Below, in pieces: positions 26,555 to 39,704 of a DNA stretch of 64,000 bases. The translations under genes were made by a program, and so were the position numbers. The stretch is from the NCBI GenBank assembly GCA_028534125.1, contig CM052817.1, positions 63,366,001 through 63,430,000 of the forward strand. The letters are read 5' to 3'. The DNA comes from Lama glama. Taxonomy: Eukaryota. Each line of letters starts with the position of its first letter. Within the stretch, counting starts at the first letter, position 1. Under the pieces are notes generated by a model that was not told the DNA's origin, searched no databases, and saw nothing but the letters and a program-made list of their open reading frames with translations.

Positions 26555-26744
26555 CCATCTATATAAATATAAAATTTATTCAGTAGAAAGGCAGGATTGA
26601 GATGGAGAAGTGAATTGTGAGTTTGACTTAAAGGACTGCGGATTGATGCGTGTAGGGACTAATGCTCAGAACTTGGCAGTTTACTAAGAAACTAAGATTA
26701 GTTAAATTGGATATAGGTTTTCATTTTTTTTTTGTGGGTACAAG

Positions 26745-26993
26745 TTTTTTATTTTTTTATTTTATTTTTTTAACATTTTTTATTGATTTATAATCATTTT
26801 ACAATGTTGTGTCAAATTCCAGTGTTCAGCACAATTTTCAGTCATTCATGGACATATACACACTCATTGTCACATTTTTTTCTCTGTGATTTATCATAAC
26901 ATTTTGTGTATATTTCCCTGTGCTATACAGTATAATCTTGTTTATCTATTCCACAATTTTGAAATCCCAGTCTATCCCTTCCCACCCTCTACC
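26745..26993 (-). mobile_element. Young lineage-specific L1 3' end (~250 bp)
   Basis: T-rich tail followed by 3'UTR whose reverse complement matches 33134-33240 except for one A. Confidence 0.85.
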
Positions 26994-27444
26994 TTTTCAA
27001 AACAACTAAGTTCATCAACACCTAGTTTGGGGGTCTCCAAAAACTCTGCAAGGAGCACATTATGGCTTTAATTTGTTATTCTTAAAAAAAAAATCTTAGT
27101 CCAACACAGCAGGACAGTGATGACATTAATTTTCTCCCAAATTCTGTTCACCTATTTAAAGAGAAGAAGGCTCAGATGATTGGAAGAGCTCAGATGATGG
27201 TGTTAGAGACAAGAAGATAATCAAGCAACATCTTGTAGCTGATATACCTGTATACATCTACTATGGACTAAATTGTGTCCCTAATCCCCTTCCAGAAAAA
27301 TTCAGACTCACTAAAACTGATTTGGGGAAGGCACAGTCTATTTTAGATTCAATGTACAAATTAAATCCCATATGCCTGGTAGATCAATTTTACTGTTTAT
27401 TTTATTTTATTGTTTTTATTGTTTTTATTGTTTTTATCTTGTCT

Positions 27445-28480
27445 TCTGTTTTTTATTATTGAGGTAGCATTGGTTTTTAACATATACATTTAATTTTCAT
27501 GTGTACAACATTATATTTCTCCTTTATATACAGTACAGCATGCTCACCACCAAAAGTTTAGTTTTCACCATTTGGTTGACCTCCTTTACTCATTTTGCCC
27601 TACCCTCTCCCCTTCCATTCTGGTAACCACTATTCTGTATCTACGTGTTTAATTTTGTTTGATTTTCTTTGTTCATTTATTTTTTGTTTGTTTGTTTGTA
27701 TTTTATATTCCACATATGAGTAAAATCATATGGTATTTGTCTTTCTCTGACTTACTTCACTTAGCATAAAACCCTTAAGGTCTATCCATGTTGTCACAAA
27801 TGGTAATATTTCATCTTTTTTATGGCTAATAGTATTCCAGTTTATGTGTATGTGTGTGCCTCTGTGTGCGTGCGTGTGTGTGTGTGTGTGTGTGTACCAT
27901 TCTTTATCCAATCATCTGTTGATGATCACTTAGGTCCTTTTCCATGTCTTGGCTATTGTAAACAATGCTACTGTGAACATCAGGGTGCATATATCTTTTT
28001 AAATTAGTGTTTTCCTATGGGTAAATACTCAGAAGTGGAAGAGCTCAATCATGTGGTACTTCTGTTCTTAATATTTTGAGGAAATTCCACACTGTTTTCT
28101 ATAGAGGCTGCGCCAATTTACATTCCCACCAGTAGAGTATAAGGGTTCCCTTTTCTCCACATCCTTACCAACATTTATTATTTGTGATCTTTTTGATAAT
28201 AGTCATTCTAACAGGTGTGAGGTGATATCTTATTGTGGTATTGATTTTCATTTTTCTGGTAATTAGCGATGTTGAACATCTTTTCATGTGCCTGTTGACC
28301 ATCTGTATGTCTTCTTATGAAAAATGTCCATTCAGGGCCTCTGCATATTTTCCAATTGGGTTGTTTGTTTTTTTCGTTGTTGAGTTTTGTGAGTTCTTTG
28401 TATATTTTGAATATTAGCCTTTTATCAGACACATGATTTGCAAATGTCTTCCCTCATTCAGTAGGTTGTCTTTTAATTTT
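27445..28480 (-). mobile_element. 5'-truncated L1 (ORF2 C-terminus plus 3'UTR) containing a (TG)n microsatellite at ~27845-27895
   Basis: Minus-strand ORFs '[18 protein letters not shown]' and 'KKDEILPFVTTWIDL' are L1 ORF2 C-terminal peptides. Confidence 0.9.
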
Positions 28481-28929
28481 ACTTTTTTTAAAAAAAGAAA
28501 ATACTTTTTTAAAACTCCTGGTTATAAGAGTAGTACATGATAATGGTAAAACATTGACAGTAAAAGCAATGAAGAGCAAAGTGATAATTCACTCATTACT
28601 ACTTAGAGACGACTATTAACATTTTAGTGTATATAAAATCAAATAACTATCACGTTTATTTTAAGTAAATATAGAAACTTTGTTGTAAAAGTTTTTCCAT
28701 GAAGGATATAGCTTAAGTCTGTTTCTATATTGATACATGTGTCATCATTTTAAGTGATACAAAATATTTGGTTTTATATAGAACTATAATTGATTTTATT
28801 AAATATTATTTTTCTGAGTATCATTATAAGCATAAATTTAATTAATATTTTATATGTATATATATAATTTTTTTTTACCTGAAAACAACCTTAGGGAAAA
28901 AATTCAACACAATAAAATTATTGACTCAG

Positions 28930-30656
28930 TATGTTAGTCAGGTTGTCTTAACTACTGTAACAAACAACTCCAAAAGTCAGTGGCTTAACACTATAAAATT
29001 TTTTTCTTGGTCATACAACAGCCTGTTATGAGTAAAACAGATCTTCAAGTGATGTTTTGGTGAACCCATAGCAGCGTCTGACACAGATATTCATCTGATC
29101 CCCAAGTATCATTTTACACTCTTTCCTACATACTCCTTTTCTAAAGAGATACTTTCTGAAGTCCTATCTGGTCACTGCATACAAATTGAAGTTTAGGATA
29201 TCAATATAATTTGAGTGTAGTGCTCTTTTATTAGATCCATATATAGCTACTCTGGTCCGATGACCTTGAAATAAAGCTTCAGCTCCCCCTACACTTAAAA
29301 TATAATAGTGCAGTTGGGACAGGATGGCCACAACAGAAGATCCTTTTTGAAAAGGGCAGACTGGGAGATACATAGCAGTTACTGGTACGCAGACATCTAG
29401 AAATCTCACTGACAGGCCTTATAAGGACTCCTTATCACAAGGTAGGGGATATTCTTCGATGAGACTATGATTTTGTCTTTATATGGAACTCTCTTGTCTA
29501 GTGATTCTACACCCACTGGTAAGTTATTATATTCCATATTCATATCTGAAGTAGTTTGAGGCGAGCAATGAGGCATATGCCCTTATTAGGCTTTCTGTGG
29601 TTTCACAGCATGTTTCTCCTGGTAAAAATGCAGTATCTTTAACATTATTTTACCATTTGGATGGCTAGTGGCTTTTAAGTTCAGGCTCACAGTTCCTTTG
29701 GCAATAATATTCTCTCATAAAATTAATAGATATCTATTTGCTTCCAGTAAGTCCCAGATGCCACTAACCATAACCAAGGCTATATTTTAGGCAGAAATTC
29801 TCAAGACTTTTTTTTGCTTTCTCAAACCCATACTGCTTTCTCGTCATTTTTTACTTTTTAGTTCTAGAAACTATATGGTTTTACAAACTCAGTGATCTAA
29901 ATCTTTGTACTCTTTAAACACCTGTCCACATCGACAAGACTTTTTCTTGATTTATCACTTTCTTAAAAGTTGCCAAAGGTGGCCAATAATAGCCAACACA
30001 CTGATTCTTTCTTTAGAGGTACAAAATCAATAAGGTCTGCCTTCCAGGTTATCCCAGGAAAGACTTTTGTCAAATATTCCACTACAATATAATCTGGGTT
30101 ACTACCTTCCCAGCCTCTGATATCAGTTCTCTTGTTGCCAGCCACCTGACCAGTTAAGCCAGTATCTCATGTATTAGGTTTTTGCTGTAGCAGCATCATA
30201 CTTTAAAATACCAATTTGTGTGTGTCTGTGTGTGTTATAAACCCCCCCAGATTTGGTGAATTAGCACAAGTATTCATTTTCATCATGCATCCATACAACA
30301 GATGAATTCTTTGTTGACCAGCTGTCTTGAGTGGCTCTTTCATGCAGTAAATCAGGCACTCAGACCCCTTTCAACTTAAAGTTCCTCTATTCCCTAGGAC
30401 CTTAAAGTCTCTTGCTACATTATCGTAATTCAACTGGTAGACATGAAATAGAGCATGCATAAAACATTACATGTGATGTATTTTAGTGGTCAGGATTTAA
30501 AATTGATAAATCACTCCTAACCACTTTCCACTGGCCAAATCCTAGTCCTATCACCATATCACATTAGGTCTGACATCTAACAGGACAGCTCATCCAGCTA
30601 TGAGCCCATGAACAAAAGGGAAGCAGAGTTTGTTGAGCACTTAGAAGCTTCTAACA
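28930..30656 (-). mobile_element. Degenerate MaLR provirus: partial LTR (~28930-29060), MLT1-int (~29080-30210), LTR (~30215-30656)
   Basis: Two similar MLT1 LTR ends ('CTGTAACAAACAACTCCAAAAGTCAGTGGCTTAACAC' and 'TTATAAACCCCCCAGATTTGGTGAATTAGCAC') around int-like text ending 'GTATTAGGTTTTTGCTGTAGCAGCATCATACTT...TACCAATTT'. Confidence 0.6.
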
Positions 30657-32486
30657 GTACATTTTGGTGCTTGTTATCAGAAATATACCAGGTTGCCTTC
30701 CTATCAGCATTCTATGAGAGTCCCTGCATTTGCCACAGTCTCATCTACCTTGGTTTTATCAATGTCTTAATAATTGTCATTCTGGAATCTAAACATGCAT
30801 TATGATTTTTGTAACTTGCATTTGATTTTATATGAGTTTGGAATCTTTGTTTATTGGGTCTCTGTATTTGTGATTTTACCCATTTATGTTATTTGTGCAT
30901 TTGGTAATAAACCATTTAGCTTTTTCTTAATCAGTATGCCTAACTCAGTAACTCAGTTCCTTGTATATATATTATTCTTTTCACATGTTTTTTTCTGTAC
31001 CCAGGATAAAGGCTTGTCCATGTTTGTTCACTATCTCTGTGAGTTCTCTTTCTGTATATCAGTTTATCTCCTTACTACTTTTAAAATCATTTTAAAGCTT
31101 AAGTATCATTATTTTCACCCTAAATTATTTTCTTAATTCTGCCAGTTCACACTCATGTAATTGTCGTAAGTCTCATCTTTAATCTCTTATTTATTAAACA
31201 AATCTTTTAATTTCCCTGCAATTCAAAGAAATTATCTATTCTTTTAAATAAATCTGTTTTTAGATTATGATCTTCACCTAGCATTACCTGACCTCGTAAA
31301 TTACAACAGTTTGTTATAGATAGTTGTTTATGTTTACTCACATTGGAATTGGAACATCACTCTTTCAGCCTGCTTTTGATCCCCAAAAGTGTACATAGAT
31401 TCTATTTTAATCTCCTTTGTTGTTTTTTTCTGAGTGCAATTTAAAACCTCCCATAAAATATTCACACAAAATTTTGTGGATTGATCTGACTTTCAGCTGC
31501 CTAAGGAAGATAAGGCAATGAGTGATAACATTTAGAATAGTTTGAATGTTGTTGAACCCACTTTATTTGGGAAAGTATCTTTGTGTTAAATTAGGGTAAT
31601 TTATTCCCAGGCAGTGGTTATATTTGTTCCATCACTTAATGCATAAAGTTATTTTGGTGAGAGAAGGTCCAGGCTATTTTAATGATGATCCATAGTCTTT
31701 CTTTATAAAGTTATCTTTATATTTGCTGCTGTTGAGCTGCAGTTGCAGAAAATGTGTCTTAAGAGACACTATCTTGACCAATTCTAAAGTCTGTACTTCC
31801 CAGAGTGACATGAAAAAAACAAACAAACAAACAAAAACCCTGGTTTTGACAGTTCTTACATAATATTGAGTTCAGCTTGAGGGCTTAAAGTAAAACTATG
31901 GCTCAAAAAGGTAATGGGATCTTATCAGATATTTATGTGAATGAAAACAAATCTTTCTTCATTGACATATTTGTAGGGTATGTCATATACATATAATAAG
32001 AGGTATATAATATATATAATATAATATACATATACATATATCTGCCTCTTATTAAAGGTGATAAAGCCAAATTATTTGACTCACAACTAGGAAAGTGGAC
32101 AATGATCACTCCTAACTCATACAAAGTTAATAGAATAATTTGGTATCATTTTTAGATTATCTGCATTAGTTAACTATTCTGTGGAATAAACAACACAAAA
32201 TTTGGTGGCTTACAATAGCAGCAGTCATTTAATTTGCTGATGAATCTACAGTTGCGGCAGGTTTCTGAAGGATGGTTCATCATCCATTTCTCTGCAACTT
32301 CAACAGGGGTGGCTTAACTAGAAGCTGGGGAATCCAGTTTCAGGATGGCTTATCTATACAGCTGGCAAGTTAGTGCTGCCTGTCATCAGGGAGCTCAGCT
32401 GGAGCTGTGGTCTAGAGGTCTTGGTTCTTCTCTATGTAGATCTCTCCATTAGCTTCTTGTGCTCCCTCACACCACGGTGATCGGGT

Positions 32487-33240
32487 TTCTCTGCACAGCA
32501 AAGGAAACCAGAAGTAAAACAAGAAGAAAACCTACGGAATGGGAGAAAGTTTTTGCAAGTGAAACCGACAAAGGCTTGATCTCCAGAATATATAAGCAGC
32601 TCATACGACTCAATAAGAAAAAAATAAACAACCNNNNNNNNNNNNNNNNNNNNNNNNNNNNNNNNNNNNNNNNNNNNNNNNNNNNNNNNNNNNNNNNNNN
32701 NNNNNNNNNNNNNNNNNNNNNNNNNNNNNNNNNNNNNNNNNNNNNNNNNNNNNNNNNNNNNNNNNNNNNNNNNNNNNNNNNNNNNNNNNNNNNNNNNNNN
32801 NNNNNNNNNNNNNNNNNNNNNNNNNNNNNNNNNNNNNNNNNNNNNNNNNNNNNNNNNNNNNNNNNNNNNNNNNNNNNNNNNNNNNNNNNNNNNNNNNNNN
32901 NNNNNNNNNNNNNNNNNNNNNNNNNNNNNNNNNNNNNNNNNNNNNNNNNNNNNNNNNNNNNNNNNNNNNNNNNNNNNNNNNNNNNNNNNNNNNNNNNNNN
33001 NNNNNNNNNNNNNNNNNNNNNNNNNNNNNNNNNNNNNNNNNNNNNNNNNNNNNNNNNNNNNNNNNNNNNNNNNNNNNNNNNNNNNNNNNNNNNNNNNNNN
33101 NNNNNNNNNNNNNNNNNNNNNNNNNNNNNNNNNGTGACAATGAGTGTGTATATGTCCATGAATGACTGAAAAATTGTGCTGAACACTGGAATTTGACACA
33201 ACATTGTAAAATGATTATAAATCAATAAAAAATGTTAAAA
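32487..33240 (+). mobile_element. Young 5'-truncated L1 spanning an assembly gap
   Basis: Open ORF2 frame '[37 protein letters not shown]' left of the gap; L1 3' terminus with AATAAA right of the gap. Confidence 0.9.
32634..33133. other. Assembly gap (500 N)
   Basis: Run of 500 N; the four long X-containing ORFs are artefacts of it. Confidence 1.
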
Positions 33241-36079
33241 CAAAGAACAAATATTCAAGAAAATCAGTCAGAAGTTATTACTGTTTATGACATAAACTCG
33301 GAAGTCATATAATCTTGCTTCTGCCATAGACATAATCACATCCAGAGATTCAAAAAGAGGGAATGTAGACCTTACCTCTTAATGGAAGGAATGTTAAAAT
33401 CCACGTTGTAAGAAGAGAATGTGAAATGGGGGATATTGTTGGGCTATTTGGAGAAAATAACATCACCCATTATTTTTCAATTTTTTTTATTTTACATCTT
33501 TGTACTGTGATTTCTGTGTGCTTTCTTCTTGCATATTTGAAGAATTTAGTATCAATTAAGTATGAATAGAATGTTTTCTATTATTAAACAGAATAACCAA
33601 AATCATAATGGAAAAAGATTAAATGTAAGTAAAATTTATGTTAAGATAATAGTTTTCATTGTCAGTAGGAGAAAGGTTAAGAGTTTATTGCCCTACAACA
33701 ACAACAAAAAAAGAGAGAGAGGGACGACATCCATATCTTAAGAGACAGAATTTAAGCTTTTTTATTATTGTTGATTGCATACATATCCCTATAATCAGGC
33801 ATCTGATTATACTTATAAAGTGCCAGATTATAATTTAAAGTGCCAGATTGTAATTAAGCCCCCAGAATGAACTCTCATTCTTCAAAACAAGTTTAGAATT
33901 CATTTCTGTGAGAATTCTATTTTTGATAATTTCCTTTATTAAAGACACAAAACTCAGTAACAATAATGTCACTTAGAAATTATTTTCATAATTTATAAAA
34001 AATAAATTAGACATGTTAAACTGGTAACATCTGAAACGTGTAGTAAACATACGTAAAACCAGTCTGGATCAATTAAAATGTGTTTTAGATATATATTTTT
34101 AAATACTCAATACAATAAATCTGGGAAATTTTATAGTCTATATGATGAATAATTTAACTGATAGATTTCACTTTGTCACTTATGTGTGACTAAGAAAGCT
34201 CAGGTTTTCAATTTAACATATTGGCTTTCTTAACATAGAATACAAAGAATATTGAATACTGAGACTTTGCAATACCTTGGCAACAATTTGCTTATTGAAA
34301 AAAATCTCAATTCTTTGGAATACAGCCAAAAACCTAGAAGTAGGCAGCCATAGTAGACAAATGTAAACCCAAAGGAAAGTGTCTCAGACATGCAATCAGA
34401 GCCAATTGACCATTATTTTAGGCAACATTTTACTAAGCTAGATTAGTGTTCTCCACAAACAACAAAAGGCGTACTTATAACAGCATGGGAAAATGTGGAA
34501 GGAAAAACAGGTCTATTGAGTGTTTCATGTGTATCAGGAACCCTGTTAAATACCTTATGGATGTTGTTCATTTAATTCACACAACTCATTTTACAGAAGA
34601 TAGTGAGTCTCATTTAGTTTGAGTGATCTGCTAACCATGAGAGGCCCAGGGTATAGCTCAGGTCTGTCTGCCTCGGGGGGTCATTTTGTCTTCACTGTAA
34701 GTGTAACCCTCTGTTCCCCTGGGAAGTGGAGAAGTGACTACTGTGGCAGGTGTACTGACCACAGCATAAGTCCTGAAAGCTTGACATCAAAAGAGAACCA
34801 AAAACTGCAGGATTAAACACTGAGAACAGAATAACTGTATTGGTCCATTATGTTTAAGGAATAACTTTCCTACACAGCTCAAATAGTTCATTCTATTACA
34901 ACCCAGAGGAATAACTAATGCTGATAGAATTTCCCCACAAGAGTCTGTAATAGGGCTCAGAAAGACTTTCCTATCTAAAATATACACATGCATGCATAAC
35001 ATGCAAACTTTCTCCACCTGGAATATAAAGTTTGATTATATGGGAAATAATTAGGTCAGGAGTCAGGTAACCTGGGCCCCCGATTATTTAGTCACTTCCT
35101 TCTTGGAAGCCTTTTTGATTTATCCTCCTGTCATTGAGCTTCACTCTCATCCCTCTCTCGTTATCCCATTTTTCATTCCTTATCCTATTTGTTATTTTTG
35201 TTATTTTTAAAATGTTGAGGATATTCATAGTTAGTTCTAGGCCTTAACTCAAAATGGTCGTTTATGCATTAAAATAACTTTTATCTTTCTAAAAGTGTGT
35301 CATGAAATTAAGTATCCATAGCAAAAAACAAAAACAAACAAAAACTTGGAGCGTGTATTTTAAGGAGGTTCCACAGGGCATAGTCAGAAAAATATTTCTC
35401 CCATGGTGCATATGCATATTGCCTGTAGAGCCAGCTAACATGTTTGTATTTTTAAAAATAAAAGTATTAACAAATTAGTCATATTTCTATTATCTTGCAT
35501 GTATTATTTATATGAATAAGTTATTCTTACTATTTTCTCTAGTTGTCAACCTTCATTTGTCTTTGTCAAAGGACCCATTTTCAGCCAACGTAGTCACATA
35601 AAGATATTTCAAAAAACATACAGTTTTACTGAAGTATATGAATTATTATCATTACAGGTTCCAAATAGGAACCCAAAATATGAATTTGCTATTTAAACTG
35701 TTCCCTTTTTAAAGAGTACTCCAGATTAGTCATTTGTAGCACGTGACTAAGCATGTAACACTTGTTTTATCATTAACATTTACTAAATGTTAACATCCTC
35801 ACGGAAAAGGATATTATTTGTGCTAGGCAAACTCCACTTAAATCTGGTCTTCTCCTTTAGGTAAATCCCAGGAGTGTGCAATAAACTTTGCACTTGAAGT
35901 CGTAGGAAGCAAATTTCTCTCACTTCTCTCATTCTTATTTTGGATCTCGGATGAGGTCAGATTTTTAACTTCTTATTGAGGCTATGTATTGGAAAGGTAA
36001 GCAGAAATTAATATTGTAGAGTTGCATTTCATGGAGGCTTTGTATTTTTAGTTGTTTCTGTCACAGACGATGAGTTTGA

Positions 36080-36220
36080 GTATAAGGAAACTGAGTCTCA
36101 GGAAACTCAGAAAATTTAAGAAACTTCCCCAAGGCTACATAGTTAGAAAATAATAGTGCTTAAGATTTGAATCCATGACCAGCTATCCTAAGGCCGACAT
36201 CCTTCCATGATACTCCACTG
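36080..36220 (-). mobile_element. MIR fragment
   Basis: 'ATAAGGAAACTGAGTCTCAG...AACTTCCCCAAGGCTACATAGTTAG...GATTTGAATCCA'. Confidence 0.7.
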
Positions 36221-38429
36221 TTACGATCCAAGTCAATAAAAAGTATTGCACGTAATTTTCTGTTTAAAAGAAGTTAGAGGAAAGAGGGTTTTAAAATGTT
36301 CCAAATTAGAGGTCAGATAATACATATTAATTCTGTAAACATATGTCCTAAACTTTTCTAACTGTATTCAATGTAAAAATGTATTTCATTAATTTGTGAT
36401 TTTAAATTAATAAAATATCATAATATTTATGTTTATCAATATACTTATCAGCTTTTCTTCTACTTTTAATGCATTCTGAATAAATGTAGCACAGTTTTCA
36501 TAAAGTTTACATCATTAAAAGTCCAAATTCTTCAAATATATTTGCAATTCTTAATTATTGAAGTTGTATAAAAGTTTAACTTACTTCACACAGAAGTCTT
36601 TGAAAATAGAATGACTCATCTTATGTTAAATTGTTCCACTAAGGCAGAGAAAAAATTTTTTGGTAACTTTTGGGAAGAGTTTGTCAAATTATCTTTTGTA
36701 TCTCTTTTTCCCCTGTATTTGTCACTCCATAATCATTCAGTATTTTAAGCTTGTTCAAATGATGAATCGTTCCCTGATTGGTTGAGCTTTTAGTCTTCCC
36801 TTCTTACCAAACCTTTTAATTGATCTTTTATGTCTTTTCTAGTCATTCCTAAAGGATCTGGCCCCTAGTCCACATGAGTTTTCCTCTGTGTGGTTTACCT
36901 AAAACAAAAATAAACACAACTGTCTGCTATTTAAATGCTTTAAAGCAGGAGGTTTATTCTTTTTAATTAAATGGCATGGTAGGACCAGCATGTGCGTGGA
37001 GCAGAGTGGGCTCTGAGTTTAGGCCTGCACTGGCAGAGTGTCGGGGAGCTGCTGAGCAATCCCTTTTGTTGGCTTTGCTGTCCAGTCACTGATGATGCAG
37101 TATCCAGGCTCTGAAGTGAATTACTAAAATAAATTTGGTGGCAGTGCAGAAAATGTGAAATAAAAGATCCTGGCAAGAGAGCGCCAAGATCAAGAGAGAC
37201 AGAGTTCTTTTGTACACATTTTACTTCATATCAGGTTCCGATTTCTTCAGAACTCAAAGTCTGCTTCCCAAAATGGCCTCTGACCACTTATTCATTGGTC
37301 AATTCAATCATTTCAGAAAACATGTTCCAACAAACCTGTGGGAGTGGTGAAGTCAGTGATTGGGTAGATTTCCTGTAACAGGGAGACAGGAAATCTGGAA
37401 TTAGCCCCAGAAGGCATCAGAGAGGAAGAGTTAAGATTGTCAAGTGACTAAGACTTTGAGGGAGATATGCCTTTTAAACCCTCTGCTTCAGAGGCTGTTC
37501 CCTCTCTTTTTCCAGCTACTAGAGTTCTGTCCATTCTGCAAGGCATGACTGAAGTCACACTTCCTGAAGGAAACTTCAAATCCTTCTTTGCTGACATTTT
37601 TGTCATCCTCCTCCATACTTTCTTGTCACCCATCTGCCATTTCTACCAGAGGAAACCATCAGCAGCATTGTTTCAGTTGTTTATGTTGTCTGTATACTCA
37701 CTAGATCATAGAGGGGCTCTCCTCCTACAATGCCTGCATGGAACAGAAATTCAGTAAGTGTTTGTTGAACTGACCCAAAGTGGCAAAGCTGGTTATTTGA
37801 CTGTGGCCAGCCTCAAAAGTTGACAGTGTGATTTGATCCTGATCCATAACATCAAAAGTGCTTCCGTCTAAACTCTGAACTCTGCATTGTGATGTGGATT
37901 TCTGCAGTTACTAGACAAGAGCACATGTGTGTTTGTGCAAATGTGCATGTGTGCACATTTCTTCTGCTAAAAATTGTTCTACTTCAATTTTAAGGATTAA
38001 ATAGATTGTCTGTAAAATACCAAATGGTTTTTATTTTTAGTAAGTTTTACAGGATACATAACCAAAACGAGTCTGCTACTTCAAAGGAATCCCTTGGGGG
38101 ACAAAATTTATTCCAATTCACTGTCTTTGCTCTGAGCATTTTTGGAATGAAGCTCCTCTTAAGAATTTGCCTTCAAAATTTACTGTGGAAGAAAATTGTC
38201 AACCTCATTACTTTACAGTCATAAGACATGCTTCCTTAGTCCTCAACCTTTATTCTTCTCCATCCTAATTTTTTATCCTAATTTTTTGATATTAAGTTTT
38301 ATCATTTTGTCTCTATTCTCAACTGAAAAAAAAAGACAGCCATTCAAAGAGGTAAATGTAGAAGGCTTAGGAAAGCAGAAGCTATTTAGCATAGACGGTA
38401 TAAAATAGCAATCAGAATGTTAAGATTTG

Positions 38430-38660
38430 TGGACCATTTATGATGCATCAGCATTATAGTGGGTGCTTTACATAAATTAACTTATATGTTCCTCCCAAAA
38501 CCGTGTTATGAACATTATCTTCATTTCTACAGTGAAACAAATGATAGAAGTTAAGTGACTTGCCTAAACTCTTGCAGCTAATTAAGTGGTATAACAGAGA
38601 ATTGGACCCTGTCAGAGTTGATCCCAGGTCCTGAGTTCTCAGTAACTAATCTGGCTATTT
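38430..38660 (-). mobile_element. MIR fragment
   Basis: 'GTGCTTTACATAAATTAACTTAT...AGTTAAGTGACTTGCCTAA...CAGCTAATTAAGTGG'. Confidence 0.65.
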
Positions 38661-39704
38661 TAGATGATTTCAGTGTAACTAAGAGTCTAGTCAGTAATTC
38701 TGATCCTTTTCATTCTGTGCTCAGCACTATTATAGTACCCCAGCTTGAAGTTCCTTATCTTCTACCTTCAGACCATGCTAGTCAGGATCCATCTTCATAT
38801 CACTGTTATCTGTGCTTTTCACCTTTCCCTCACATCATGTATTATGCAGAATCTATGTCAGGCTTGCCATTTGACTACTGGGCAATTAATACTGCGTATG
38901 ATTAAGGACGAAGAACTGAAATGCCCATTAGAGCCTATATTCCCTGGTGTGTATGGTCACATGCTGAAGACGATAAGGCATCATAACAAGAATTGGAAAG
39001 ATCAAGATCTGTTTGGGGAAAAGAGTCATGGTCCCAGTGCCAGGATTATTCATAGTGCCTCGACTAATGATATTCCTTCCACATGCCTAAAAAAATGATT
39101 CAGTGATTATGGTGATAAGTTGAGAGAGGACCAAACAATAGGAATAGATAATAAAAAAATTTTTTGAGGAACTAGGTTTCTTGTAACATGTTTAAATGTT
39201 GGTACACCACTGAGACAGGTCTAAAATATGGTTTTTCCAATATTCTGAGTGACTCATTGGTTTAATGATGAAAATAAAATCAATTTAATTAGGTTACTAA
39301 CACCATCTTTTAAGATAACATAATGCCACATTGGGTTATGATAAATAAAGAGGAAGTACCTCCTGGGTATAGGAGGATGTCATATACATAATGCAGCTAC
39401 ATTACCTTTCCTAAGCTTCAGTCCTTTCTATAGAAATAGTCTGTGTAATCATCAAGATTTTACTCAAAAACTCCTCAAACAATCCATTTTTATCTTTCCT
39501 TAGTTTTGACTTTTAGAATTGTTTTCTCACTCTTAAATCAAAATAAGTAGCCTAATCTTGAGGCTATAAAAATTGTTTCTCCATTGGAAATGTTATTAGA
39601 TTGCTTTCATGACAGCTACTCAGATATTCTCCCTGAATCTTTCTTTGTTCAGGATAACCATGTGCAACCCTTTTAAGTATTTTCTGTAAGCCTAATTTTG
39701 AGTT

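Larger units (their letters stand above)
32162..33468 (-). mobile_element. MLT1G/H-like MaLR LTR split by a young L1
   Basis: Left half '...TTTCAGGATGGCTT...CTGGCAAGTTAGTGCTG...' and right half '...CTCGGAAGTCATATAATC...GGGAATGTAGACCTTACCTCTTAATGGAAGGA' read as collinear parts of one LTR. Confidence 0.7.

Noticed and set aside
27400..27440. Short TTTTTATTG tandem repeats suggesting an array
   Set aside because: Simple repeat next to an L1 tail; no unique spacers, and a CRISPR array is implausible in mammalian DNA.
30774..31136. 120-aa hydrophobic ORF
   Set aside because: Phe/Leu/Ile richness reflects T-rich, probably decayed antisense L1 DNA; not evidence of a membrane protein.
32432..33225. 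Four long ORFs (176-255 aa)
   Set aside because: Their length comes from the 500-N gap; the real residues are L1 ORF2/3'UTR or MLT1 sequence.
36750..37120. Two TGATGA...CTGA (C/D box-like) pairs with short flanking stems (~36760 and ~37090)
   Set aside because: Boxes are only ~8-15 nt apart, far too short for a box C/D snoRNA.
38745..39098. 117-aa ORF in apparently unique DNA
   Set aside because: Non-ATG start, no recognisable domain, no supporting splice or promoter structure; compatible with chance.
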